Assembly: GCA_028534125.1 (NCBI GenBank)
Contig: CM052849.1
Coordinates: forward strand, 18,972,001 to 19,036,000
Source: Lama glama
Taxonomy: Eukaryota
Length of the DNA: 64,000 bases
Direction of reading: 5' to 3'
Shown in pieces: positions 24,270 to 37,477 of this stretch; position 1 is the first letter of the stretch, and the number at the start of each line of letters is the position of its first letter. The translations under genes were made by a program, and so were the position numbers. The notes beneath the pieces are model-generated. The model saw nothing but the letters and a program-made list of their open reading frames with translations, had not been told where the DNA came from and did not search any database.

Positions 24270-27224
24270 NNNNNNNNNNNNNNNNNNNNNNNNNNNNNNN
24301 NNNNNNNNNNNNNNNNNNNNNNNNNNNNNNNNNNNNNNNNNNNNNNNNNNNNNNNNNNNNNNNNNNNNNNNNNNNNNNNNNNNNNNNNNNNNNNNNNNNN
24401 NNNTGCACAGCAATTTAAATAAATAGGTCTGCTAGGTCAGAGGGAGACCCTCTCTATAACATGGGTGGATATTGTCTGAGGTCCCTCCATGGGTTGCTCT
24501 GTGCCACACCCACACCAGCCAGGGAGAGTCTGTTCCCCTGGGGCCACCTTTGGACTCCTCTTGCCTCCGTTTTTGGAAAGTCAAGAGCCAGGAATGTGGG
24601 ATTTTTCTGTGCTCTCAAGCCAAGATCATTTAACAAACATAGACACTGAGCCCCGATTGAACCAAGCAGAAGGGTAGGCAGTGGGATTCTGCAGAGTCCC
24701 CTCCGCATAGAGATGACCTTTTGGTGGGGAAGACACACTGAGCATATGATGAGCGGTGGGTAGGGGGGGAGCAGGGCCAGGAGGAAATGTTCGCAGAAGA
24801 GGAGATACTGGCAGGTGGAGGTGAGCAGCGTCAGGTGCCGCTGTGGGCTCTCAGAGGAGGTGACATTCGTGCAGAGACCTGCCCGCAGGGGAGAGACTGT
24901 TCCAGGCAGAGGGACCCGCAGATGGAAAGGCAGAGAAATGGGGAGGTGCTTTGCAGGAGGAGGAAGTATTGAAAGACCTCCCTCGTCCCCCCGAAATCCC
25001 AGGTATGGGGGAGGGTCAGGACACAGGCTACACCAGGAATGAACATCATCTTGCTTCCTGTATTAACATATAATCCCATCACAGATTCTGAAACAAAAGA
25101 CCTGTCTTGATTCCTTTCCCTCTGCATTTGTCAGGAAGAGAGACATGACGCTAAGTAGACACTGTCTGCAAAGCCACCGTTTAACTTTCTGGAAGAGACT
25201 CAGAGCTCTGGGGCTCTGACATCTCGGGCAGAATTTTGCCGAGCGAACGTGCGGGGAGTCCTGGTTAACTGAGAGAGGCATCCCGGCTCGTTCAGGTGCA
25301 ACCGTGACATCTCCAATTATAATGGAAATTTTGCTCCTGGGAGAGGCAGCGAGATGCTGATGAGAGGAGATGACAGGTACAAAAATGAGATGTAGGCGCT
25401 GGAGAGACTTCTTTCCCCCGTCTTGGGGAAGTGAGGACTTTTTCTTTAATTGAACAAATACTCTCGGATACTATGTCCCACCTCCCTTTGGCAAAGTCCC
25501 CCGTGCGCTAGGACACAGAACCGCTCAGCCCTCCTCCTTGCCGGCGACCAGGAGGTGATGGAGACAAAGCCGCTTCAAAGGACAGACAGCGCCCAGGCCA
25601 GGCTGTCCTTGCAGCAAGAGAGACCACGGGGACGGCGGCATTGCTGTCTGCATGATCTAAGTTGGCTTCACCTTTCCTGATGTCTTCAGGCTCAGAAGGC
25701 TTGCCGGGCCGAATAACGAGCAAACAGCACAATTAGAAAGGCCACCAGCCTGTTCAGCACACAAAGACGGGGCTAAATCCCTCTCTTGCAGAAGTGTTGG
25801 TTTCATCCATGAAGGGAGGGTGGTCCAATCCGAGTTCAGGGCATCCCTGAAACCCAGGCACCAGAAATGTTTATGGAAGAATTTTATAATTGGATAGTTC
25901 AAAAGAAATCGAGGCAGTAATTATGGGGGAGAGCTGTTTGTATTTAGGCTTACCAAGCACTCTGTATATTCACCTCAGCTGTGCTCTAAGCACCTTGAAA
26001 ATACATCCTCACTTAATCCTCCTAAGGATTTAGAATATATTATAACATGTCTGCAACTCTCTTCAGTCTAAGATAAGGAAACTGAACCACAGAGAGAGAG
26101 AGAAATTCATCGATGGCCAGACCTGACTTCCTGACACTTATTTTATTATCTTGTCTTATTTTGATTTTCACACATCTAGAAAGCAGCAGAGGGTGGATAT
26201 AATGACCCAACTTTTTTCAGTGCTTGGGATTTCAAAGGTCTGATGGGACCCCAGATGCAAAGGCTACACCCCAAAGAACAAATCAGCGTATTGGCTATTA
26301 ACATGGGGGAGACCGCTGGGAGCAGCAAGAGGAGACAATCATGAAATCCAGAATTGGGATTCTTTGCACACCTTCACTGTGCAGACGGAGGCATTCATGA
26401 CCACGGGAGCCCTGGTGTCTTCATCAGTGATGACGTTCGTCCACTTGCAAATATTTCAAGTTGTATTCAGCACGGGGGTAGAAGGTGAAGACAGCGGATG
26501 AAATTGCCTGCTCTACTTTCTAGGGAGGGAACCCAGATCATAAACAAATTAAGTAAATAAAATATGTCGGTTGGGTGGGCAGACTGTTGGCTGATCCTGG
26601 GTCCCTGCAGAATAAAACACAGGATCATACGTGCTTGAGTGGAACAACTTTGCAGAGTGTCTGTGCTGCCAGGACAAAGTTTGGGCACTGATTGTGCAAA
26701 GCTCTGTAAGCCTCACCATGTATATAACTTGACCCCTAACATGTTGGACAAGTTTTTTATTACAATCGAGTAAACTTTCGTAGCAGACTTCATTGGTCAA
26801 CTTAGCAACAGCCATTATCAAATGCTTTCTTCCTTGGATGGTAGAGATCAGCGTTTAATTCATTTTTGGTCATTCAAATATACAGGTACTTCCTGGGAAA
26901 TGCATAAGGAGAGAGGCATCAACAGATAGCTCTCCTGCATCGCCAGTTCTGCACCCGCAACCTGTATTTGCACTTGATAACTTGAGGATGTGATATCAGG
27001 AGCTGTGGCAGCCTTTTTGTGAACATGAGTATTCAAACTAAAGTGCACTGAAGATAGTCAAATACAAGGACCGAAGGCTTGTTGGCTCTGAAATACTAAA
27101 AAGCAGAATTAACATGGGACTACCTATCCACCTTTGATCCAGTTTTCTTTTGTTTGCAGCTGAAAGTATCTTTAGTTGATATATTTTTAAAGCAAACATG
27201 GTCCATTAAAATACAAAGATAACC

Positions 27225-28035
27225 ACAAAAAGACTTGATGAAAATGTTTATAGCAGCTTTATTCATAATAGCCAAAACCCAGAAATAGCAAAGGTGTCAT
27301 CCACAGAATAAATAAACTGTGGTATATTCAAGCAGTGGAACCCTACTCAGCAGTAGAAAAGAGCAGAAGTCTGGTCCATGCAACCACATGGATGATTCTT
27401 ACATACATGATGCCAAGTGAAAGGTGTCATGCACAAAAGATGACGTCCTGCATGATTGCACATACAGAAAGTTCTATAACAGGCAGCCTAGCCTATGGTG
27501 GGAAAAAATTCAGGACACTGGATGCTCTAGATGTTAACCAGGAAGGGGGCCATGAGGGAACTTTCTGGGATGATGGTCGTGTTCTGTACTTGATAAGGGT
27601 TAAAGTTGCATAGGTGGGTACCAAATGTGACTGCTACAATCTATGCATTCCATGGTATGTAAATTTTGCCTCAAAAGAGAACAAAAAAGAACCTTTAAGA
27701 TTGAGCTCAGGTGAATCATTCGCATGCTGAAGTTGCTCAGGGAGCAATTGTAGTGAAACACTTAGAAACGCATANNNNNNNNNNNNNNNNNNNNNNNNNN
27801 NNNNNNNNNNNNNNNNNNNNNNNNNNNNNNNNNNNNNNNNNNNNNNNNNNNNNNNNNNNNNNNNNNNNNNNNNNNNNNNNNNNNNNNNNNNNNNNNNNNN
27901 NNNNNNNNNNNNNNNNNNNNNNNACAAAATATAATGAAATGCTAATGGTAGGCTCTAGGTAGTGGGTGTATGAGAGCTGACTGTTCAATTCTTTCAAGTC
28001 CTCTGTATGTTGGAACTTTTCACAATGAAATTGGA
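27225..28035 (+). mobile_element. Old LINE-1 3' fragments (L1MC/ME-like), with N-gap 27775-27923
   Basis: aatgtttatagcagctttattcataatagccaaaa, aataaactgtggtatattc, gagggaactttctgggatgatgg. Confidence 0.75.
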
Positions 28036-29329
28036 GGAGCAGGACGTTAATTAATGTAGACAGTGCAGAAGATGTCATTGATAAAAAAAATTTTCATGGT
28101 TTACCTGGCAACCGTGTCCTTCCTACAGTGAAGGCAGTGTTCTGGAAATGAGATTTGGACCTAGGAGTTGAGATGAGCCGGGGGCGGGGGTATGTTATGC
28201 TTGGGACCGTCCTATTTACGCAAAGCTTCGTGTAACGCCGGGGAGGCACGTCCCCGACACATACCAAAGGAGGCATGTCAGCTACCAAAGGAGCTTAGCT
28301 CCAAAGACCAGAATAAACCTGTAAGCCAGGGAACTCGCGATTCAGTTGCGCTGAAAGTTTCCTCGAGGAACATTGAAATTCAGGTACCAGACGACCTCAG
28401 CCTTGGGGAAAAGCATGGTTAAGCCCCAGCCTTTTCTCTTTTATTAGAGTCGACAGCTTATGTGGCACAAACAAATGCGCCCTGAAGGCTCTGGGCTTAG
28501 TCTCGCCCTTGCTGGGGCCCCTGGTGGGTAAAGCTTGTATCCTCTAGACCCCTGATTCATTTGTGCAGAAATGAAATAATGCGACGACAGTTAATGAGAT
28601 GAGAATGGAAAACACCGGGATGTTTGCTCCAGGAGTCTTTTATTTGGAGTTGTTTAGCCATTAACCCATGGGTTTTTCCAGCTGGAGCTTAGACAGGGAG
28701 AGAGACAGGGAAGTTCGATGGTGTCTGTATTGTGTGAGCTCCGGACCATCCTGTCCACAGGCGCCCAGCCTACGGCTTCAGTGACTTGGCGTCCTTTAGG
28801 GAAAGAGAGATGTTGTCATTCAGAACGACGCCTGTCCCTGGGTGGACAGACCTGGGACCCAGTGCTCTGTGTGGACCCATCGCTGAGACACCAAGTCCTA
28901 AAGTGGTCGTGTTTTCTAGACCCACGCTGGGGACACACTGATGTGACATGTGGTCAGACAACAAGGGAGATCTGAATGCCACACCAGCTCAGGAACGCTG
29001 GGGTGTGTGTCCCCTGTAGCTGTGACATGCGTGTCCTTGTAACATCTTGTCCTGACAGTTAGCGGTGCACACAGCAAAGAGAGAGAGGCCACACCAAGCT
29101 CAGGGTTAATCTGTGGACGGCTGTGGGGATCATAGGAGCCACCCAGCTCTGCTTTCGTAAGTGTGATTGGTTTCTCAGTCTGCTCATCGCAAGACCAGCC
29201 CCAACATAGCCTTCTCCATGAAGACTTAACAGCTCGCTCACGTGCCCTGGTAGACCTGTCCGTCCCTGTTATGTAGCCGCGAGCCTGTGCATTTCCTGGC
29301 AGGGCCCCTTCTTAATATTGCCGAAGGAA

Positions 29330-30020
29330 ACCGAACGACCCAGCAATGCCCCTTCTGGGAATACACACAGAACAACTGGAAGCAAGGACTCAAAGGAACA
29401 TTTGCACACCAGTGTTCACGGAAGCTCTGTTCAATGGCCCAAAGGTGGAAGCCACCCCAGTGTCCATCAGTGGATGAATAAACAGGGCGTGGTCTATCCA
29501 TACAATAGAGTATTCCTCAGCCTTAAGGAGGAAGGAAGTTCTGACACAAGCTGCAACGGGGATAGACCTTGAGGTCAATAAGCTGCCACAAAGGACAGAT
29601 ACGGTAGCTCCCACTTCTAGAGAAAATTCATAGAGACAGAAAGTAGAATGGTGGTTGCTGGGGGGGGAGGCACTGTTCAGTGGGTGCAGAGTGTCAGTTT
29701 GGGGTGAGCAGGAAGTTTTGGGCGTGGATGGTGGTGCGCGTTGTACGACACACGAATATACTGAATGCCGCTCAGCTGTACACTTAAAATAGTTCAGAAA
29801 GCAGACTCACAGATGTGAAGAAAAAACTAGTGGTTACCAGGGGGGAGGGGCAACATGGGGACAGGGGAGAAAAGGGAGTTATTACAGGATGATATGAAAT
29901 CATGTGTGAAACTTCTGGAAGTTGTGAAGCACTGTAGAATGGAAAGAATCTGTCATTCAGTAAAAAAGTAAATTTTGAAAAATGGTTAAGATGGTACATG
30001 TTATGTGTGTTTAAATTTTT
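29330..30020 (+). mobile_element. L1MB-like 3' fragment containing a nested LINE-type tail (29795-29978)
   Basis: tgtccatcagtggatgaa, aaattcatagagacagaaagtagaatggtggttg. Nested insert flanked by TSD aaaatagtt (29786-29794) / aaaatggtt (29979-29987). Confidence 0.75.
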
Positions 30021-30039
30021 TTTTTAAAAAAAGGAAATT

Positions 30040-30450
30040 GATTCACTCTCTTAGACACGAAGTCTGGTGTTAATGCTAGATTCAAGCAGACCTGGGCCAG
30101 GGGGTTGAAGGCTGTCATCGAGTTTCTGCCTCTTTCTCGCTTTCCCAGGAAAGTTCCACGAGGTAGACCAGGTGCCGCCAAGAGCTTCAGCTGCACAAAC
30201 TTCCAGCTGAATGACCTTGGAAGGGGGATATTTTTGCCTGTTACTGCAGCAGAAAAATCTGCAAAGAACTCTGATTGGTCAAGCTTGAGGCATGACTCAT
30301 CCCTAAACCCCTTGTCAGGGCTCGGGGACGTGGCAGTCACGGCGGGTACAAGCTGACCGACGCTAGACTGACACAGAACGGATTCCTCTGAGTAAGGTGT
30401 GGTTCTGCTCCCAGCAAGGAAGAGCGGTGGTGGGGAGTCAGGGTCCACTC
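30040..30450. mobile_element. Old MLT1 LTR fragment
   Basis: ctctgattggtcaagcttgaggcatgactcatccctaaacc motif. Confidence 0.45.
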
Positions 30451-31387
30451 TGCCCTTGATGCGAAGGACCTTTTGGAAGAAAATTGTAGCATATGTAGAG
30501 CACAGTTCTAGTCACCATGTAATTTTATATCATTGGGAGTTTGCACTCAGAATAGTGGCAGTGGTAGAAACGGTCTCTCCAGGACTTCAGTGCGGCCACG
30601 TGACGTCTGTAAGTCCCACGAGCCGCTCTTGCACACGTGGCGTTTCCGCAGAGAGTCCTCCTGCTGGTATTAGCCCTGCATACCCCGTGCACAGGCGGTC
30701 ATTTACGACCCTGGGTATTATGTCTTTCTTCTGCAGTTCCCCTTTTTCCCAACCAAGAATATAATTCTAACCCTAGAAGACACACTCCGGGGCTGAATTT
30801 ATCAAAAGGGAAGCTACAAACAGTAATTTGGGAATTGGGAGAAGACAAGCCTGCTCATTAGAATTCTGCAGGAAGGGGCCCACAGTCATGCTGGAGGTTG
30901 AAACGTCCTTCTGAAGCGGACTTCGGGGTGGATGAGTTTCTTTGCTTTCATTTTCTTTCTTTTTTTTTTTTTTCCCTTTCAGAAAGGGCACTTGTGCAAT
31001 CAACAAAATTCTCTATAAGGCACATGTTGGATCTCTAAAAATACATGGGCTTAAATTGTAAATGCCCACTCACCCGGGCAAGAAATGCTGTTTGTCACAA
31101 CTTCTAGCAAAAGCTGTCTTATTCCTCTTTGCCTGCAGTGCCCTGTGAACGTGGTAGTGCCTTTCCTTGAGGAGTGGAACCAAAGACCCCCGGCCCTTCT
31201 ATCTGTTCACTGTGGCGATTGTTACAGCTTGATCTAGAAGGAGCCCCCAAGGATAATCAGTGAGACAGACACTTTGGGAAATTGATTCAACGCCCGGTAG
31301 CCATGCTCCCTTCTTCACTGCCAGACGAAGCCTGGTGGTGTCTGGTTTGCAGGAAGAAGTACCCTGATCTCAGGAAGACAGACCCTG

Positions 31388-31950
31388 TAAATCTTGAACT
31401 CCCAATTTATCCCTTCCCATCCCCTCCTCACCCCCTGGTAACTTTAAGTTGGTTTTCTGTGTCTGTGAGTCTGTTTCTGTTTTGTAAATAAGTTCATTTG
31501 TCTTTTTTTTTTTTTAGATTCCACATATGAGTGCTATCATATGGTGTTTTTCTATTTCTTTCTGGCTTATTCNNNNNNNNNNNNNNNNNNNNNNNNNNNN
31601 NNNNNNNNNNNNNNNNNNNNNNNNNNNNNNNNNNNNNNNNNNNNNNNNNNNNNNNNNNNNNNNNNNNNNNNNNNNNNNNNNNNNNNNNNNNNNNNNNNNN
31701 NNNNNNNNNNNNNNNNNNNNNNNNNNNNNNNNNNNNNNNNNNNNNNNNNNNNNNNNNNNTGCACATATCTTTTTGAATTAAGTTCCCCTCTGGATATATG
31801 CCCAGGAGTGGGATCAAATATACGTATGTTCACGTGTGACTGAAGCATTATGCTGTACACCAGAAATTGACATAACATTGTAAATTGACTATACTTCAAT
31901 AAAATATGTATATATACAAAAAAGAAAGTTACGAAAAACTGCAAAAAAAA
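31388..31950. mobile_element. 5'-inverted LINE-1 (antisense 31388-31815, then sense tail 31816-31950)
   Basis: actcccaatttatccc...ggatatatgcccaggagtgggatc is antisense L1; it is followed directly by the sense tail tgtacaccagaaattgaca..cttcaataaaa. Confidence 0.8.
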
Positions 31951-32214
31951 GAGGCTTCTACTGTCTTCATACCAGGAACACCACATAAATACGGCCCTTG
32001 CCTTTTAAGAGTTCACAATCCAAGGTGGCAGGTTTACTTGGAACAACCTCCATAAGCTTCTCCACTGAGAGCAGAGAATAGACACCCAGCTAAAGTGCTG
32101 AGCGTCACAGAATGAGGGCCCTGCAGGTGTGGCTCTGGGTGTTTGTATTTTGGGAACCAAGTTCAATGCCAGTCCTAGGGCAGTCACTCAGAAAGTCGGT
32201 ATTTGTTGAATATT

Positions 32215-32660
32215 GCTCCATAAGTATTTCTGAGCGCCCGTCATGTACCAGGCACCATTCTAGACCCTGGAAACACTGTAGTGAACAAAGGGCCAACGTC
32301 TTGGCTCCGATGACATTTACATTGGTGGGGAAGATGCATTAACAAATAATAAACAGTTACGTGGGTTGGGTGATGACCAAGGCTGTGGAGGGAAATAAAG
32401 TGCGGTAAAGAGACAGAGAAGATAGGGTAGGTCTCATTTTATGCAAGCCTTTCTCAGGTGGGATTTGAGTGAAGAGGGCGTGAGGATGCCACCCATGTAG
32501 GTATTGAGGGAAGGGCACGCAGGAGGAGGGAACAGTAAGAACGGAGCTCAGAGGCAGGAACACCAGGAGCTTGACTTGGCTGGATGGTGCGTGAGGTTTG
32601 CACAATGATGTCAGAGGCTTAGCTGGGAGGGAGAACTGGGGAAGCGGGCCGTGTGGGGCC
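32215..32660 (-). mobile_element. LINE-2 fragment
   Basis: tatttctgagcgcc..tgtaccaggcaccattctag..cagtgaacaaa-like stretch. Confidence 0.7.
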
Positions 32661-33694
32661 CTGAATGAATAACCAAGAGTGGAGAGCATGCAGAAAGCGG
32701 ATTTGAACCCAGGACTTGAGCCCAGGTAGCGGACTCCAGGGCACATGCTTTTAATGCCCTCCCTGCACTGCCTGATTCCTGGAAAGCCCATGCATTTTTC
32801 TGAAGTGTCTCTTGATCACCCTCCGGACGATCCCTGTTGCAGCTAAGAAAGGCACTTGGGGACGTTTGCGTGAGAACTGGAAAGCAGCAGCGGGCGGTCC
32901 CTGTGCCCCGGGTCGCACCTCCTCATTGGAACCGAAGAAGGATGAATTCTGGGGGCATCGGGGGGTGGAGGGGGCGCCAAGGCTGCAGCTGCCGTGTGGT
33001 GCTCCGCCGCCCTGGGGCTCGGTGGGGCTACCTCCTTCTCAGCTGGTTATTAGAGACGAGTGTTCACTCCCCTGCAGGAGAAAACAGTGCTATTGAGAGA
33101 CGCGGGGCACGTTCAGGGGCGAGTTAGTAGGTCAGCCTCATCAAAAATTCATGGGCCAGCTGCACAGAAGCCGTCTTCCTCCCACTGACGTTCCTTCGTG
33201 ACTGGCCACTGACTCTCTCAAGGAGACCACAGACACCGGCAAGAAGTTACTTAAGGAGCCATTACGGATTTGATGGATGGGCTCTCTGGCCCCTTCTGGT
33301 TTTTATTATTAATACATTCTTTTGCACCAGTGGTTTTCTTGACTAAAGAATAGTCTGATTCTGATTGCGTATGAGTTAGGAGTAGGGGTGTGCGTGTGCG
33401 TGTGTTACCCCTGGACGACTTTCCCGGCCATAGGAAACGTGCGACCAAAGAGGACATGATTTCCAAGCCAACACTCCGGGATGGACCACCAACCCCTTTC
33501 CTGGGGCACAGGCTGGCCAGTTGTTCTAACGCGGGTACCAGACCGCACAGATCAAGCACTAACTCTGCCACTTAACTCCTGCGTGATCCTGAGCACATTT
33601 CTTTGCTGCTCTGTGTCTCTGTTTTCCCTCACCTGTTTGAAAAAGGGGCATTGTCTTGGAACCTTCCCAGTGAAATTGCAAGGAGATCTTTTAT

Positions 33695-34555
33695 CGTTTT
33701 TTAAGACTCTAATTTTTTTTGAGCAGTTTTAGATTCACAACGAAATGGAGAGGAGGGTCCACGCACAGCCTTCCCCATTTCAGCAGCCTCCCCGTCAAAT
33801 GATACGTTTGTTACAAGTCACGAACCTACATCACCCATCATCATCGCCCAAAGTACGGAGTCCGCCTTAGGGTTCATTCTTGCTGTTGCTGCACGTCTAA
33901 GGATTGGGACAAGTGTATCCATCATTCGTTTGTCATACAGAGTATTTCCACTGCCCTAGAAGTCTGTGTGCCACCTGTTCCCACCCCTCCACCCCTGGGA
34001 ATGACTGATCTTCCTATTGTCTCCAGAGTTTTGCCTTTTCCAGAATGTCACAGAGTTGCAGGCATACAGCACGTAGCCTTTTCAGACTGGCTTCTTTCAC
34101 TTAGCGCTATGCAGCTGTTTCTTCCATGTCCTTTCATGGCTTGATAACTCGTTTATTTTGTAGCACTGAATAATATTCCTCTGTCTGGGCGTATCACCAT
34201 TTATTTATCCATCCACTTAGCGAAGGGCGTCTTGGTGGCTTCCAAGTTTGGGCAATTACGAATACAGCTGCTGTAAGTATCCATGTGCAGGGTTTTGTGT
34301 GGACATAAATTTTCATCTCCTTTGGGTAAGTACCAAGGAGGGCAATGGCTGGACGGCATGCTAAGGAACCGTCAAACTGTCTTCCAAAGTAACTGCACCG
34401 TCCTGCATTCCCGCCAGCGGTGAATGAGAGTTCCTGTTGCTCCGCCTCCGTGCCAGCATTTGACGATGTCGTTGTTCTGGCTGGGGGCCATTCGACAGGT
34501 GTGCGGTGGCGTCTTGTTGTTGCTTTAATTTGCATTTCTCTGACGACATGCTGAG
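33695..34555 (-). mobile_element. L1MC1/2-like 3' fragment
   Basis: gagcagttttagattcaca, ttagggttcattcttg, gttttgccttttccagaatgtca, ttcagactggcttctttcacttag. Confidence 0.85.
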
Positions 34556-35061
34556 GTGTTGTTGTTGCGTAAGGAATGCGTGGGAAGCACTTGACAGAGA
34601 GCTTGGGTGACACGGAGATTTCAATAGCACGTTAAGTTGTTTGCTGTTCTAAGACATCCCCCAAAACACAGCAGAGCAGACCCCACGGCTGGTCCCTCCC
34701 TCCACAGAACCTGGTGAGTGGAGGCAGCAGGCATTCTGACTTTGATTTCTGTCGGTGAGCACACGGGCGCAGCCAGGTGCGTCCCGCCTTCGGAGCTCTG
34801 CGTCCCCGCTCGCCTGGTCCACAGCGTGAACTTCCCTCCTGGTGGTTTATTACCCCGTAATTAAATTAGCATCGTGCCAGCGCCCTCTCTGGAACAGGTA
34901 AGGTGAGATCCTAAAAGTCTCTCCTGTCTGCGTGTGTAGGCTCGCCGCAGAGAAACCTCAGAGCAACGGGTGCACGTGGTGTTCGGGGATGCGCGTTAAT
35001 GTTATTCCGGTCATTAGACCGTTTGGGTCTTCCGCGTGCCAGCCTCGCTCAGCGGAGCTGT

Positions 35062-35280
35062 GCAGTATTTCTCACTCCCTCAGCATTGAGAGCTGGGGCC
35101 AGACGCTCCTCTGCTGTGGGGGCTGTCCCATCTGTGCGTTGTGGGACAGTCAGCACCCTCTCAGCCTCTGCCCGTTGGGTGTCAGCTGTACGTGTCCTCC
35201 TAGCTTGACAATCAGAAACATCTCCAGATAGTGCCAAATGTCCCCTTGGGGGCAAGTCTCCCTGGCCGAGAACTGCCGCT
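35062..35280. mobile_element. MER20 hAT element
   Basis: tggggccaga..ctgtgggggctgtcc..tctccagatagtgccaaatgtcccc..gagaac. Confidence 0.75.
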
Positions 35281-36139
35281 TTGGAGCAGTGCTCAGAGCG
35301 ATGTCTGGGCAGACGGTCTGTAGCGGGCTGGGGCTGGGGCTTCTCCTTGAATGCGCGGCGCGGATGATCGTTGCACACAGGGCTGGCTGGCTGGCTGGCC
35401 TGGCTGGAGGGACGGGTTCCCGGCCTCAAAAAGACTTGCACTAAAATGCTGAGGCTCTGCAGGGATTTAACTTCAAAGCTACAAGTTCACTATACACTTT
35501 GATCCTTTCCAGAACTATACATCTCAGAGCCATCCTAAACTGGAGTCCAACCGGCGTTTCTAACCGAGCCGTATATCATCTCGCCCTGCCCTGTACGGTG
35601 CTGATTTAGTGCAGTGTGTTCATGCCAGAAATATTTATAAAGACGATGCTAATATAGGTTGACTCCAGCTGGACTCGGCACATGATACAAGGGGAAGTAC
35701 AGAGCCCCACCCGTGAAGCCTAAACCATTCCATCTGCATCAAACCACACTTCTACATCTAACAACCAATTTAAGGGAAAGGCAGCGGAACAAATTAGGTG
35801 GCAATGCAAAGACACCATCAGATAAATCCAGAACGTGCCTATTCTGTGGGACACAAGCCTGACATTTCAGAAGATATCAGTTGTGTGAATAAAAGGGGGG
35901 GCGGTACCTGGTAATATCATAAAAGAGACTTAAGAACACAGCAGCCAAGTGCTAGCTGGGGAGGGACCTCGTTTGGATTTTGATGGGAAAAAAAAAAACC
36001 CAATTATCTAAAACAGCCTCTTTGAGGGGACTGGGGACATTTTTACATCAGGAAATTTTAAATTTTATTGGGTATGATAATGGTAAGGGGATTGTGTGCT
36101 TTCAGATTTTGGAGTGTTTATGAGTGAAGTGGAATGAAG

Positions 36140-36270
36140 CCTCGGTGTTGGAGGAGGCAGAGCGCATGCTTAGCATGCATGGGGTCCTGGGTTCAATCCC
36201 CAGTACCTCCTCTTAGAAGAACTGAATAAAGCTAATCACCCACCCACCTAAAAACATTAAAAAAAAAACC
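36140..36270 (+). mobile_element. Camelid tRNA-derived SINE (Vic-1-like), degenerate at the 5' end
   Basis: agagcgcatgcttagcatgcatggggtcctgggttcaatccccagtacctcc (Pol III B box), followed by an A-rich tail. Confidence 0.8.
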
Positions 36271-36574
36271 CAAAATAACATAATGGTTCACCAAACTTTC
36301 TTTAGAGCTGCCCTTGGTGTGTTACCAAAATGCCAAGGAAGAGTTTTATGCTGGATATTAAGATACAGATTCCGTGGTGAACTCAAGGCAAGTGAACGCC
36401 TCCGAGGAACCGTGGGGAAACAGGATAAGGTTAGTCACTGAGGGATGGGTAGACGTGCTCTGTTGTTACGGAAATATCACCACGAACTTGGAGGAAGTGA
36501 CCGAAGACTGGATGGGCCATAGATGGAAGACGTCTTAAGATACCCCTCAGGCTCCCAGCCGCCAACAGAAGGCA

Positions 36575-36940
36575 TAGCCCAAGTTTAATGGAAAGTATTT
36601 ATTATTAAAGGAACCTCCTATAGAACTGAAGGCAGGCCTGAGGCATGCAGACACCAGCTTTTTCACCTCTGGGTTGAAGGGGTGGGGATGGGACCTATGT
36701 CACTGAGCCCGGGGAAAGCGGGAGCCGGGAGGTGGGGCTGCCCCAATCATAGTGCTGATTGGATGGCAAGAGGCGCCCCTCCCCTCTCCTCCTGCCCATC
36801 AGCCTGGTATTCGTGTCTCCCATTGGCCAAGCCCCACTGGACCAGAAGGGGAGAAGGTCCTGCTTAGGGGTCAGCCAGCAAGGGCACAAAGTGGAGCAAC
36901 AAAAGGGCAGAAAATAGATCGGGGGGCGGTGGGGTGGCGG
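36575..36940. mobile_element. Old ERVL LTR fragment (LTR33-like)
   Basis: ctcccattggccaagcccc..ccaga..ggtcagcc..gggcaca motif. Confidence 0.45.
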
Positions 36941-37082
36941 TGAAAATGGGGAATCCTCATCAGGAGTGTCCGGACCAGAGGTGATTTGATGGGAATGGAG
37001 CGGGAATTGCCACATGTGATGCCGGGAACCTTTTCCGATGGGAATCGCCTCGTGTAGCGCTGATCCAGTTGGCGCGCCGCGC

Positions 37083-37477
37083 ATGGCGGGCTGGTAGAGG
37101 TTTCACAACTGGTCCTCCAAGGGGGAAAGACCCTGATTTGTAAAGACTAACTTCTTTGGTGTAAATATTCTCATCCTAATCAATTTCAAGCTTCCACTGT
37201 GACGTTGCGGAACACAGAGCTGAGAATTGGTGTCCAGTGAGCATTGCATTAAATAGAATTTCCTCCACCCAGATATGCAAACACAACCTCAAGACCACAG
37301 ATCATTGTAAATCGTGGTAAAATAATTAGGGAGTCACGAGTTTCGTGCATTTATTATGTTTGTTTCCTAACGTAGGTTATTCCATTGTAGGTTGGCATAG
37401 CTTATGTTTGAGTAACTGCTGTGTTTCACAACCAGCTCGCGAGATTCCTGCCAGCTGGACAGCCAGCACACCCCTGG
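37083..37477. mobile_element. hAT-Blackjack element, MER63-like
   Basis: ggtgtaaatattctca..atttcaagct..gtgacgt; caaccagctcgcgagattcctg..ccagcacacccctg. Confidence 0.65.

Noticed and set aside
25574-25593. REST/RE1-like site (..gacagcgcc)
   Set aside because: Only the right half-site resembles the consensus; the left half does not match.
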